A stretch of DNA of 64,000 nucleotides from the human T2T-CHM13v2.0 reference genome, Homo sapiens: the NCBI RefSeq assembly GCF_009914755.1, contig NC_060929.1; one strand, written 5' to 3'. Below the pieces are notes generated by a model. It ran no database searches, was not told the DNA's origin, and saw nothing but the letters and a program-made list of their open reading frames with translations. How positions within the stretch are numbered: the first letter of the stretch is position 1; every line of letters starts with the position of its first letter. Positions 14,341 to 27,524 of the stretch are shown piece by piece. Made by a program: the position numbers and the translations under genes.

Positions 14341-17019
14341 GACTGAAGTTTGAAGGCAAGAGGGTCCGAATGGTCTCTCACCCCATGAGCCCATCCCTTA
14401 AGTGTGTTGCACACTCAGGCCTGTGGCCACACAGCCTGAAGCCCTAAGTGTGGCTGGTCCTGGAACTGCAGTTATTTAGAGCAGAAGGATGATAAACAGG
14501 CAGAGGGAAGGGGAGCAGGGAGCCTCGTGAGTGAGATTTTTCCTTTCACATATCCACTGTCACCCCTTCTATTAACTTGAACTAGAGTGTTTTGAAGTTG
14601 GAGAAGAATTAAAAAATGCACACAAAATGTGACAAGCTCTGGTACAACATGTTGTCATTATTTTCACTGAACACAGTGCCTGACACTTTGTAAGTGCTGT
14701 ACAAATAGTAGTTGCTCTTATTTTTATGGTTGCTATTATTACTCTTTGGGTAATCAAAATGAGATTTTGGTTATTTAGATTTAGATATTTTTGAAACATG
14801 TAATTTTTTTAATGGAAAATATATCCGACACTTTCAAGTACATTGATTTGGCCAATAGATGACTAACTGGATTTATAGACAGATAGGTTATCCCAAAGCC
14901 TTGCAAACTGCTGCCACAGACATGGGTTTTGTCTGCTTCACTTGGATTTCCAGAGATGACATAGTAGAATCTTGCCAGTCCAAGGCCCAAGCTGGGGTTT
15001 GGGTTCCATGACTGTTGAGCCTGCACTCAGCAGAATTTACAGGTCAAGGCCTTGGTGTTATCCTGAGGTGGTTCCCTGTGGAATTCTTTGGTATAAACTT
15101 GTAGCCTGAAGCCTCAGTCTCTAATTGCTCTTAGAAGCATTTTGCATGAGCTCGGTTGGTTTTCATATTGCTGCGTTTTGGGTGCTGTCAGACACAGTAT
15201 ATTGTTGGGAAAATGATACACTGTACATCTAAAACCTGTTTTCTCTCAAATAGGAAGATGTAATGATTAGCTCCAGGGACCCAGTTGCCTGTGTGAGTCA
15301 TAAAACTGAGATAAGACCCTAAATTTTGGAAATTTTTATAGGAAGATGCATGAGAGATTTTAAAGCAACCTATCACCCAGGGTACCATATGAAGAAAAAG
15401 ATGCCGTTCTGACGTCAGAACCACAAATAGCATTAAAGCTCCGGAACTGGAAGGTGATGACAAGGGTTCAGGATAGCCAGAGCTTTTGTCCACTCCAGGG
15501 TTCCTGCTGAGGGAGCTTCAAACGAGAGCAATGACCAAATGGAGAGACAAATACATTTATGAAGGCCAGTGATGACCCAACAATCCACACCTCAGCCACT
15601 AGTGGTCCTGGGGCCTTGTGGGACATACTCATTTTCAGCTTAAAAAATGGATTGACAGTCTTGGCCGAGAAATGGGGTCTCTGCAAGGAAACAAAAGCCA
15701 CCAATAGTGTTTGGAGCTGAGCCTTAGTTGGAACTAGAAGTCTCTTTCCCCCACAGTCGAGAGTGTGATGCTCAAAAGAAGGATGGCCAAATAAAGACTG
15801 AAGGGAGCAAGGATCAGCTTAGTCTGTGCCTGTGCAAGCATTGGGTGGATACAACCTTTCATCCCAGATCCATCTGTCATGTGCAGCCTCAGACACACAC
15901 ATGCATGCACGTGCACACACCTGCTCTGGGAAGTGTTGCTGGGACAGAACACCTAGGCGGGTAAGTTTTCAGGAGACTTCCTGCTCTCCCCCTCCCACAT
16001 CTATAATGCTGGGTCTGTGAAGCCAGTTTCAGGACCCCTCCTCACCCAGTAGACTCTTGCAGGTCCTCCTGTCCTTGTGGTTGCTGCCCTGCCCTTCTTC
16101 TCAGTCACATGTGGAGCCCAGGGTGAGGTCTCTGACACCCAGGCTGTTCTCTGCAGTGATCTGGCCCATTAGGACTGTCAAACCCTGGGACTGGCTGACT
16201 GACTGTGGAGCCTTCATCCCTTGGGAGGAACAGGTGAGGGCAAGGGAGTGTGATCCACTTAGCCTGATCTCCCTACGGGCAGTGGTAGAGGGGAGTTTTG
16301 CAGACTTTGTTGAGATTTTCAAGAAGGGACAAGGAGGTGGGGCAAAAGGTTGGAATCTCTTATTATATCAAAGGTGAGAACTTTGAATCCTAAAACACAA
16401 CCAGGAAATGCTTTGGATGAACGTGAAAGGCAGTGTTCACTTTTATATGCAGACTATATGACAAACATTAGTTTGTAAGGCACCTAGTTGTTATTGGGGA
16501 AAGACTTTCATATAGAAACATGTTATATGTGGCATTTAGGTTTCTAGGTTAGCACAAAAAAGTTTTAGCCCATTATGTAGCTGGAATATATTTACACTGT
16601 TGAAACAATATTGCTGTGAAAGAAACATAAAATTGAATTAGAACTCCCATTTCTTTTGTATGGGTGTCCTTTGGGAGAAGCGGGTTTAATTAGAGGCTGA
16701 TGAAGCAGATGAGGGAGAATTCGTGAAGTTCCTTTAGGGAGTAGTTATCTTTAGTGATCCATTGTGTGCTGGGGAGCTGAGGGGCTCAGGTGGTGTTATT
16801 AACCTCACATTGCTAGGGAGGAAGTGGAGGCACAGGCGGCTCAAGTAGCTTGACCAAGGTCACACAGCTAGGGACTCAGAGCTACATCTGCTCAACCGTC
16901 CTGTTTTCACTGTCCTATTTTATCTCCAGGTAAAAACGGGTGTGTCGAGCTTCTTTGTGGCACTTATTTTCTGTTTCATCTACAGATAGCTCAGTTGGTA
17001 TCTTTTAACTAGAACTGTT

Positions 17020-17780
17020 TTTAAAAATAAATCATAAAACCATTATATACCAAAAATATGACAACTTAATATCAATCACACTTTTCTAATTGTCTTACTA
17101 CTTATTCTTTTACTGTTTGTTGGTATCCAAACAGTAACTCCACTCATTGCAGTAGGTTGCTATGCCTCTTAAGTCTCTTTTAATCTGTAGCTTCCCCTTC
17201 CAGTCTCTCTTTTCTATATACTTGCAGTTTGTTTGTTGAGGAACCTGGGTTGTTTGTCCTGTAGATTTTCCCCCAATCTAAAGTTTACTTATTGCATTCC
17301 CATGATGCATCTAACATGTTTCCCTGCCTTCTGTGTTTGCTAGAAACCGTAGTTTGATTTAGAGGTTTGATTGGATTATACTAAGTTTTGTAGGGTGGAG
17401 GTTGTCTCTTTTCTGTGATGCTAACAGAAAATCGGAGTATGCGAAGTTTTGTAGGATGTTTGGTTGTCTCTTTTCTGTGATGCTAACTCTTATTAACGAT
17501 CATTGCTTATATCCATTAGTCATTAGAGGTTGTAAAATGGTGATATGCTATCATTTTGTCTTCATGTATTCATTGGAATGCCTCAAGAAACTTTTTTCAA
17601 GAGTTGACTCCCTAGCATTCTCCTAAGGTGACAGGAGTTCTTTGCCTGTTAATTTGCTTAGTATCATTATGAATCGTTATGGGTTTATGTGTATTTGATG
17701 TGTTGATGCATTGCAGTTATTAAACCTATTTGTGCTTAGACTGCCCAGTTTTGACTGAAGGGAGCTTATTCAAGTTGGTG
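17020..17780 (-). mobile_element. Old L1 (L1MC-like) 3' fragment
   Basis: Colinear similarity with the L1MC-like block at 20600-21350 (TTGTTTGTTGAGGAACCTGGG vs TTGTTTGTTGAAGAAACTGGG). Confidence 0.6.
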
Positions 17781-18234
17781 AGGCACTTTTCTTGAAGAAA
17801 CAGTTCTAGCTAAGTTGAGTGTGTCCTTATTCGAAACTCATTGTTTGTAGATGGGGACTCCACTGACCACCCTGGGGGTGGAGGCACATCCTGGTGTCCA
17901 CCTAGCCCTCTCTAGTCATGCCAAGGCCCCAAACATCATGGAGCTTTTGAAAGGAGGCATTTCACAAGGCCCCCTTGCAGCTCCTTTGCTATAATTTTTG
18001 TGGCTGCAAAAGGGTAACCTGGTGTGAAGGAAAGGTGCTCACTGACTCCAGCTTGAATTCCAGCTCTGCCCTGTACAAACTTTGTGACTTTGGAGAAGCT
18101 GCATGATTTCTCCTTGCACGGTAGGGATAATGCATCTCTAAAAGGATTGGTACAACCTAGAGGTACAGTCCCTGTAAACCCGCTAGGTTCTCAAGTACGT
18201 GTGTGTGTATTTTCTGCCTTATACTAAGGCGCTA

Positions 18235-18519
<285 letters not shown>

Positions 18520-18954
18520 CAGAATATGACATAGTTCCACGTTTCAGGAGCTTCCATTGTTTGTGCCCTATATTGTCGTCTTCTGTGGGAAGGCAATGTG
18601 TTGACTGAGTGCCGGCTGGCTGGCAGGAGTTACGGATTGGGAATTGGGTTCTTCCAGGTGAGACACTCCTACTGGGAGAGCATGAAGAACTGTGAGCCTG
18701 AGGGGTAAGTCAGCTGAAGACTGTAAGGAAAAGCCAAGGAGCAGACAACTGTACGGCCACAGGCAGGGGCCAGAGGCAGAATTAAGGTCAGGCTTTCTAA
18801 GCCTGGAGCTCAAAGCTGCCAGACATAAATAGGATCCAAGAGAACTGATTAAGAAGGACTCTAAAGTCTGGTGGAGTTGATGGCTGAGAATACTCTTGGG
18901 TGTTATGGTTCAGAGACTGCCAGATAAGGCTTGCTTTGGGTTGAAGCTCTAAAG

Positions 18955-19452
18955 CAGCATTACCCAATAGAAATAAAATGTGACCCAGATGTAACCTGCA
19001 CATATAATTTTAAAATTTTTTATGAATCACATTTTTAAAAGTCAAAATAAGCAGGTAAATTAATTTTAGTACATGTTCACTTAACCAGTATATTAAAAAT
19101 ATTATTTTGACATGTACTCAATATAAAATTTGTTAATGAGATAGTTTACATTCTTTCTTTTTTTATTTTATTATTATTATACTTTAAGTTTTAGGGTACA
19201 TGTGCACAATGTGCAGGTTAGTTACATACGTATACATGTGCCATGCTGGTGTGCTGCACCCATTAACTCGTCATTTAGCATTAGGTATATCTCCTAATGC
19301 TATCCCTCCCCCCTCCCCCCACCCATTCTTTCTTTTTTTTTGGAACTAAGTTCTTAAAGTCTGGATTGTATTTTACAATTACACTGCATCTCAGTAGGGA
19401 CTACCCACATCTCAAGTGCATAATGACCACACAAGTAGCTACCATGTTGGAA
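18955..19452. mobile_element. MER33-like hAT element split by a short L1PA insertion
   Basis: CAGCATTACCCAATAGAAATAAAATGTGA...TAGCTACCATGTTGGA termini; interrupted at 19161-19323. Confidence 0.7.
19161..19323 (-). mobile_element. Young 5'-truncated L1PA (L1PA3/4-like) 3' end
   Basis: TATACTTTAAGTTTTAGGGTACATGTGCACAATGTGCAGGTTAGTTAC...CCCTCCCCCCTCCCCCCACCC; TSD CATTCTTTCTTTTTTT. Confidence 0.93.
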
Positions 19453-19539
19453 AAACGGAGGAAGAAAGTGAAATTTACATCAAGGTTCTAAGTCAAGCAT
19501 TTACAATTTGACATTGTAACTTGACAAGCATAGCACAGT

Positions 19540-20010
19540 AGTGGTGTTGGTTTTTTGTCTCTTAGTTTGTAGCTCCATTTTTGCTTCCCCATTTTCTCCT
19601 TTGTATTATATGAGGCTAGAAGTCTGCAAGCTGCATCTTCCACATTACTTTTCCAGATGGTTTCCTCTTAGATTCCACAGGTAGGAGATACTGGCAGGAA
19701 ATTGGAATGTGAGAGAAAGGAACAGGCGATAGCAGTGGCCCCTGCTAAGTGGCAGTGGTGCTGCCTGAGTGGTGATGATGCCAGCCCCCTCCGCTGATCA
19801 GCATGAGTGTGGGCTGGCGGGTGTCAGCCCAGGGTGTTAACAGTTTATTGTCTCTGGATGTTACTGCTTTATCTTTTTAGTTTCTCCAGCTCTACCTCCA
19901 TCTTCCCTTTGTTCATCCATACCTTCTAACACCTTTGTAAACAGTTCACTACAGCGGTATCTCTTCTTAATATATATAAAATGGTTCTTGCTTTTCTCAC
20001 TGGACACTTG
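19540..20010 (+). mobile_element. LTR33-like ERVL LTR
   Basis: GAGGCTAGAAGTCTGCAAGCTGCATCTTCC...GGTTCTTGCTTTTCTCACTGGAC resembles the LTR33 consensus as recalled. Confidence 0.5.
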
Positions 20011-20269
20011 GGATCTGATGTCAGAGAACTATGCTGTACTGTGGTCTTGTATGTACCATCTGTTGGTTCTATGGCTTAGCTTCTTTAATTTTCAACTTCT
20101 TCTGTCTAAGGATAGAAAAATAAGGATAGTGAAAGTTCTGACCTCATAGAGTTACTGCAAGGATGATATAATCAATATATGTACCATTGCTAGCTTTGAA
20201 TGTAACACCCAGTAAATATTGCTTATTATTGATAATAATATACAAGCCGATTTTTGAAGGCTCATAATT

Positions 20270-22470
20270 TAACATTTTTTATTATGGAAAAGTTCAAATG
20301 TATACAAATGTAGTGAGAATAGGATAGTGAAACCTCACGTGTACATCCCCCAGTTTCAACAGTAACAAATTAAGACTATTCTTTTATTTATACCTCCTAC
20401 TTTCCCCCATACTTTGGGATTCTTTTAAAGCAAATCTAAAACATCCTCTTATTTCAGCTGTAACTATTTCAGTATGTAACTCTGAAAGAGAAGGACTGTT
20501 TAGAAAACACAACCACAATACTATTAGCAAATCCCTAAATTAAAATAATTTGTTAATATTATCAAATACAAGACAGTGTTGAAGTTTCCCTATCTCATAA
20601 ACATTTTCATTTAAATATTTTTTTAATCATCTTTCAAATAAGATCTAGCTATTGCAATCAATTGATATGTTTCTTAAGGATCTTGTCATCTGTGAGTTCC
20701 CTTTCCTCTCTTTCTTTTTCTCTTACAATTTGTTTGTTGAAGAAACTGGGTCATTTGTCCAGCAGAGTTTCCCACAGTCTGGACTTTGCTGATTACATTC
20801 CTGTGGTATCATTAACCACATTCTTCTGGCCTTGTATTCCCTGTATGTTGGTAGTTAGATCTAGAGGCTTGATAGGATTCAGGTTTATTTACTTTTTTTT
20901 TTGGGGAAGACTACTTTATAGGTAGTGTCATGGACCTCCATCAGGAGGCACATGATGTCTGGTTGTGTCTCTTGGAGACGTTAGCAGCCACTGATGATTG
21001 TTGCCTAGATCAATTAATTCCTTAGGGGTTGCAAAAGCCTACCATTCTTTCTACAGTGCTTCTGGAATGCATCTATAAAGATAAACTTCCCTCCATCCAA
21101 TAGTTGGTTATCCTGAGGTACAGTTCATATGAGAAAGGCAGGGCAAATGCTTGATTCTACTCTTCCATTTGCCAGTTTTCAAAATAATGAGTTGATTTCC
21201 TAGCATCCTCCAAAGGTAACCAGTGATGATTTTTGAATTCCTATAAAATTATCAGTTTATAAATATTAGATGTGTCATAGTCCATTGCAGTTATTGTCCT
21301 TACTGATGCTCAGTTGTCCTGACTTTGTCTACTCAGAGTAGCCACGTTGGCTCCTGTGTCCTTTTCATAGTCTGCTAGTAATGTTTGACAGATTTCCTGC
21401 CTTTTTGGACTGACTAGATGTTCCAGGTTTGTTGCGTCCATTCCCTGTCTCTGATCTAGAATTAGTCTTTTCTCCCAGGAACCTAATTATTTTTATTGAA
21501 AAATGGTATTTAGAGGTATGATCTTGGGTGTTCATTGCTAATGGACTGGTCATTGCTTCTGGACTTTTTAAGTGGACATAGCCAGGAAATAGATACTTTT
21601 GAAAGATAAAAATGTACCGTGAGTGTATACTTATTCATCCAGTTTAAATTTAGGACTACAAGCCTTTTCTTCAACCTCGTCAGTCTTACGTTTCTATTTC
21701 CTCTTTCCCATGACATAAATCCTGGTTCTTAACATCATCATGATAATTCCTCATTTGTTAGATCCCACATGCGCGTGCACACACACACACACACACACAC
21801 ACACCCCACGCACACATCTCAGAATACCAGTGATCAACACGACTTCATGATCAATATGAACACTGGTGATTTTTGATATTAGGGTCTGTCCCACTAGGGG
21901 TGAGCAGGCAAATTACTGTGTTTATAATTGTTTAAATCAGTTCCTTTTTATGTGGCTATTCTACTAACAATGGACCAGTTAGTGATTAGCACAATACAGT
22001 TAGGATTATTTATTTCATTTTCCTTTTGATTTGGTCTTCTTTAATGTTTAGTTTAGTGTTATAAGAATGTAAATTATTTATATGCATCAACGTAAAATAT
22101 GGTATATTCAGAGACATTTAGATTTTATCTCTGTCTCTTACATTCTATGCCCTCTGCCTTATTGGTAATTACATTTTAAAATGTTATGCATTTCATACCA
22201 TTGTTTAAAATACACATTAACATATGTTCTGCAGAACTCAACTTTTCTGCATTTTCCTTTTTTCACTTAACAGATATCCTGGAGATCATTCCATCGTAGT
22301 TCATAAAGATATTCCTCATTCCTACTCATAGCTGCATAGTATACCATCATGTGGCTGTACTTTGTTTTATTCAGCCAGTCCCCTATTGATGTTTTTTGGG
22401 GGGATTATTTCCAGTAATTTTTGCTATTGTAATGGTGATACAGGGAATGGCCCTATGCCTATATATTTTC
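20270..22470 (-). mobile_element. Old L1 (L1MC4-like) 3' region
   Basis: Long T-rich block with L1MC 3'UTR motifs (TTTATTATGGAAAAGTTCAAA..., GGTAGTTAGATCTAGAGGCTTGAT, CCATCAGGAGGCACATGATGTCTGG). Confidence 0.7.
21768..21804. repeat. (CA)n microsatellite with leading ATGCGCGTG alternating purine-pyrimidine run
   Basis: Read directly from the sequence. Confidence 0.95.
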
Positions 22471-23287
22471 ATATCATACAGTCTAATTTTTTAGTACAAT
22501 AGTGACATAATGTTTTCCAGAAAGAATATATTTATCTATCCAGAGCATTAACTTCTGCCTATCATACAAAGACTTTCCTTGGACTCTTTAGTTGTTTAGT
22601 AATTGTAAAATAGTAATATAGTTTTAGCTGAAGCTCAAGCTTAAGATCTCTAGATCTTAATCTCAGAGGATTTTCTTTGAGTAAAATGTACTTTTTTCTG
22701 CTTTCAACCCAGCTATAGTTTCATTTTCATGGAGGTGTGAGATCTCTGAGACAAATTGTTTAGAGGAGGTTTGTCTTGCATCTGTTGGACATTGTAATTC
22801 TCCTCCCTTATGATGGCAGCAAAGTGATTTGAGAAGAATAGTGGCTGCCTTTTCATCTTCACTTCTGCCTTTCCACTTACATTAAAGTCCTATGCGTTTA
22901 CACTGGCATTAACCCAGTCAGCACCCACAAAATGCCACAGGGGGCTCTGTATCACTGATTGTTGTAAAGAACTTTCTTGAGCCTTCATTAGAGCTTAGAG
23001 CATAATTGTACCTTATTTTGGTATTAATCACCAAGACCTAAAATCAAGTTTTTTTCCACCTTAGAAATGGAATGCATAGATGTATATTCTTTTGTATGTT
23101 TCAGAAATTGGATTTTATCTTTGTGATAGAATCACATATCTGATCCATAATGATCCTGTAGTGCTTTCTTATGTTCAATATAATTTTTAAACTGACCTTG
23201 TTTTTTTCCTTATATAAATGTATCAACTTTATCAACTAGCAATGCTCAAGGAGTTTTCTTGGCTCACAAGTTGTACATGAATGGGTG

Positions 23288-23353
23288 AGATCATACCTCT
23301 AAATACCATTTTTCAATAAAAATAATTAGGTTCCTGGGAGAAAAGACTAATTC
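23288..23353 (-). repeat. Perfect 66-bp inverted copy of 21459-21524
   Basis: Reverse complement checked base by base: 66/66 identical. Confidence 0.97.
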
Positions 23354-23814
23354 ATGAAGTTTGGGTGGGGCAGGAGAAGAAAGACTGGCAGAAGCAAAGG
23401 CACCCATGAGAGAGAGAGAGCAAAGATGAATTAGATTCATAGCAAAATTTTGGAGGTACAGATGGGAAATGAAAGATGGAGAAAATGATATAAAGAGTGG
23501 AGGTGTGCCTGTGCATGTCCATAAGAGATAATCTTGGAGGTGGAGTATCTTAACTATGCTGTGAGCCACGCAGAATGGAAGACAGAGTTGGTTACCTGCC
23601 TCAGTTTAGGAAGGGGAAGCAAGGTTGGGGTCAAATATGCAGAAACTTTGGGGCAGACTGGTTCAGTTCAACAAACATATACTGAGGGCTTAACTGGGCA
23701 TCAAGCACCTGCATTAGATTTAAGAATACAAAGTTGAGTAGGATGGTTGCTTCCCTAGGTGAGTTTATACTTAGTTGGAGGAGTTGAAAGGGATAACACA
23801 CAAGCAGATATTTA

Positions 23815-24284
23815 CTTCTTTATAACACATTACCATAGACTTAGGGGCTTAAGACACCCACATTTATTATTAGTTGCTCTGGGTCAGGAGTACAGGCACA
23901 GCTCATCTGGGTCCTGTACTTCAGGGTGTCTTACAAGGCTGCAATCAAGATGTTGGCTAGGGCAGGGTCTTATCTGAAAGCTTGACTGGAGAAAATCTTC
24001 CAAGCTTATCTACATGGTTGTTAGTAGGATTCACTTTTTAGATGGCTGTTAGGCTGAGAGCTTTAGCTCCTTGTTGACTGTTGGCTGGACACCACCCTCA
24101 GTTCCTTGCCACACCGTCCTGCCCCATATAGCAGCATATTTCATCAAAGCCAGCAAGAGAGACAGTCTCTTTTATCAGTAAGATGGTAGTCATATTATGG
24201 ATGTGGAAGAGAGGATTACACAAGGGCATGAGTACGAATAGGTGGGAATCATTGGGGGCTGTGTTGGAACCTGCCTGTCCTACA
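23815..24284 (-). mobile_element. MLT1 (MaLR) LTR inside L2 remnants
   Basis: ATAACACATTACCATAGACTTAGGGGCTTAAGACA...GGAACCTGCCTGTCCTACA. Confidence 0.7.
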
Positions 24285-25319
24285 AGTGTCTGCTACAGTT
24301 CTGTAATGCCTGAGAGAGGAAGTGTTCCATGGAAGCATGAAGGAAGAGCATGGAACCTACCTGGCAGGGAAGTGGCTTCTCCAATAATGCAGTGTCTGGA
24401 TGTCTGAGTGTAACCCTGAAATACAAATAGGGATTAACTTGGTGTGTAGCTGGGAGAGGAGGAAGGGAGAGATTCCAAGCAGAGAGACTAACATGAGCAA
24501 ACATTGAGGGGGTAAAATACCTGAGGACCACCATCCAAGTAGTTTTCTGTGTAAACCATGTGTGGAAGACATATAGAAGGTATCAGAAATGGAGAAAATG
24601 AAAGATGAGGGTCAGATTTTGGAGTTCCTCGTTTGTCAGGCTGAAGAATGAAGACTTTATCAAGGTGATCACAGGGAGGATTTTAAACAGGGGAATGACA
24701 CAGTCCAAGTTGTGGTTTCATTAGTATGGAAGATCAATTTTAGCAGCATTTATAATGATTTAGGTGATAGATGAAGAGGGTCTGGATTAAAGTAGTGCAA
24801 TAGGAGGGCATACATTTTAATTTTACAATTAGGAAGTTATTTGATATTTGGGCAAGGCAGATGTGGGAGATAGAACGGTCTGGAATGATGTCCAGGTTTT
24901 GGCAGAACATTCTTGTTAGGAAGCAGGGGAAAGAGAAGTTGACAGAGGGAAAGGAAAGGATGGAAGGGAGAGGTCTGTAAGAGTTTATGTAAGTTTGTAA
25001 ATTAAGTGGCTGATGATAGGAGAGCCCAACTCAAAATACTCTTTAAAGAGCTTATGTTCTCAATTTAATCAATGTAACTGTGTAAATTTTCTTTCTAGTT
25101 AAGCCATATGTTCCTCTGGTAGGAGAGAGAATCAAATACGGAATTCATTTTTCTTGCAAACAGTTGGATAAAAGAAAAATTAGTGTCAAAATTTTAGTAA
25201 ACCTAGACCAAAGGTGGGACACGCATTCACTAGTTCTATCCAGTGCTTGCAATATTGTACTCTGGCACGCAGATACTGCTATAGAATACCATTCACAAGC
25301 TATAAAGTGTCATGTAACT

Positions 25320-26080
25320 GACTTTTTCTTGAAAATGGAGATATAATTAGAAAAACATAAAATTAACCATTTTGAAGTGCACAGTTCTTTGCTTTCAGTA
25401 TATTTACTATGTTGTAAAACCATTACTGCTAATTCTAGATAATTTCTAACACCTCCAAAAGAAACCCTGAATTTATTAGCAGTCAGTTCCAATCCCCACC
25501 CCTCCGCACTCCTACCCCTGGCAACCATTAATGTGTTTTCAGGCACTATAGATTTGCCTATTGTGGACATTTCCTATAGATGGACTCATACAATATGTAG
25601 GGTTTGTGTCTGGCTTCTTTCAGTTAGCATGATGTTTCATGGTTCATTCTCATTGAAGTATATATCAGTACTGCGTTCCTCTTGACTGTCAAATAATATT
25701 TCATTGTATGGATATACTACATTTTGTTTATCCATTCATCTATTGACGGACATTGGGTTGTTTTGACTTTTTAGCTCTTAGGAATAATGCTGCTATGAAC
25801 ATTCTTGCACAGGTTTTGGTGTGGACATGTGGTTTTATTTCTATTGGGTATATACTAGGAGTAGAACTGCTGCATTGTATGGTAACTATGTGTTTAACTG
25901 AGGAACCACTAAACTGTTCTCCGAAGTGGCCGTACCAGTTTCTCTTCCCGCCAGCATGTATGAGGGTCTCTATTTCTCCATGTTTTCACCAACACTTGTT
26001 ATTGCCTGTCTTTTTTATTATAACCATTCTTGTGGTTGTGAAGTGGTATCTCACGTGGTTTGATTTGCATTTCCCTGATG
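25320..26080 (-). mobile_element. L1MB-like 3' end
   Basis: GATTTGCCTATTGTGGACATTTCCTATAGATGGACTCATACAATATG...GATTTGCATTTCCCTGATGACT. Confidence 0.85.
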
Positions 26081-26367
26081 ACTCATTCAAGGTTGTTTTT
26101 AAGAATTAAATAAGCTCCCATAGGTGAAATCTCAACATGAACTTGGGTTTCAGTTCTCTGCTAGATCCAGGGGCCTTCAGAAAAACTATATTGGTATTCC
26201 TTGTCAATTTAATTTACACTGCACCTTTTTAGCTCAGGAAGCCAAAGTACAGGCACCACTTCTCACACTGGCTTTACAGGGATGGATGCTAGAATCCCCT
26301 GTGGGGCCCTATCCCAGAGCTCTGGAAGCACAATCTCAAGGGGTCTGCCCAGCCTGTGCATTTTAAA

Positions 26368-26645
26368 TTTATTCTATTTTATTTTGAGATGGAATCTCTC
26401 TCTCTTGCCTAGGCTAGAGTATAGTGGTATGATCTTGGCTCTCTGCAAACTCAGCCTCCGAGGTTCAAGCGATTCTCCTGCCTCAGCCTCCCGAGTATCT
26501 AGGATTACAGGCGCCCACCATCAGGCCTCACTGATTTTTGTATTTTTTGTATTTTGGCCAGGCTGGTCTCGAACTTCTGACCTCAAGTGATCCACCCGCC
26601 ATCTCAAAGTGCTGGGATTACAGGCATGAGCCACCAGACCCGGCC
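26368..26645 (-). mobile_element. Alu (AluS-type) with internal deletions, inserted into a MER5-like element (~26245-26711)
   Basis: Reverse-strand Alu with CTGTGCATTT duplicated at both ends; the host ends ...GTTGAGAATCACTG. Confidence 0.88.
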
Positions 26646-27524
26646 ATTCTGTGCATTTCTAAAAGGCTGCACATTCAATGTCAATGCAAAGTCAAGAGTT
26701 GAGAATCACTGCCTGACTCCAGTCTGGGAGAAGAAATTGGTGGGACCTGGAGGAAAAGCAAGAGACTTAGTCTCAAGAATCTTCAGGCAGCACCATTTTT
26801 TGCCACCACAGGAGGTGCTGGTGAACACATGTTGTTCAGACCTCTCAATAAGAACTGAGAGAGTTGCTTGCCATTTCTGTAAGTGCAGAAACTAAGATTT
26901 CGATTTGGTTCAGAAGTTTAGCATTAACCCCAAATCATTGGAAGCACTAGAATTAAATGTGGGCCAGGTTTCTGGTTTGGGTGCATGGAGTCATGCAGTG
27001 TGTGTTGGTACTTGATATTTGTTTTGGTAGTTTGGAAGAAATGGCGGTTAAAATAATTTCCAAATGGTGACTGAAACAAAATTCACATGTAGTTGTTTTG
27101 GAATGCGTTTTTTACCTGCTTGTATGAAGCCAGATACAGCAGACAGTGTGGAAATTGGAAAGACACAAAGTCAGGCTACAAAGACCCAGCTTAAAAGGAA
27201 GTAGGGGAAAGTGTGTGGGAACTTCCCCTTTCTACTTTTCAGTTCTTTTTGCTTTTTACTTGGATTAAACAGTCTTGCTTTTTAGATTGACTTAAAGTTC
27301 TTAAGGAAAAACTGTTTCTCTTTAAGCTGTTTTTCTTTGGTTACAGTGGAAGTCATTGGGTTTAGGTTTAAAGGGAGGGAATTTCAAATCACCTTCGTTT
27401 CTGTCTTTTGTGTGATAATCAGAGAAAGTAGGAACGATGATAATGGTAACAATGTCAAAAGGAAGCTGTGTGACAAGAGGTTTTGCTACGTGTTAATTCA
27501 GAATTGATTGCAGTTGTCAAAGTT

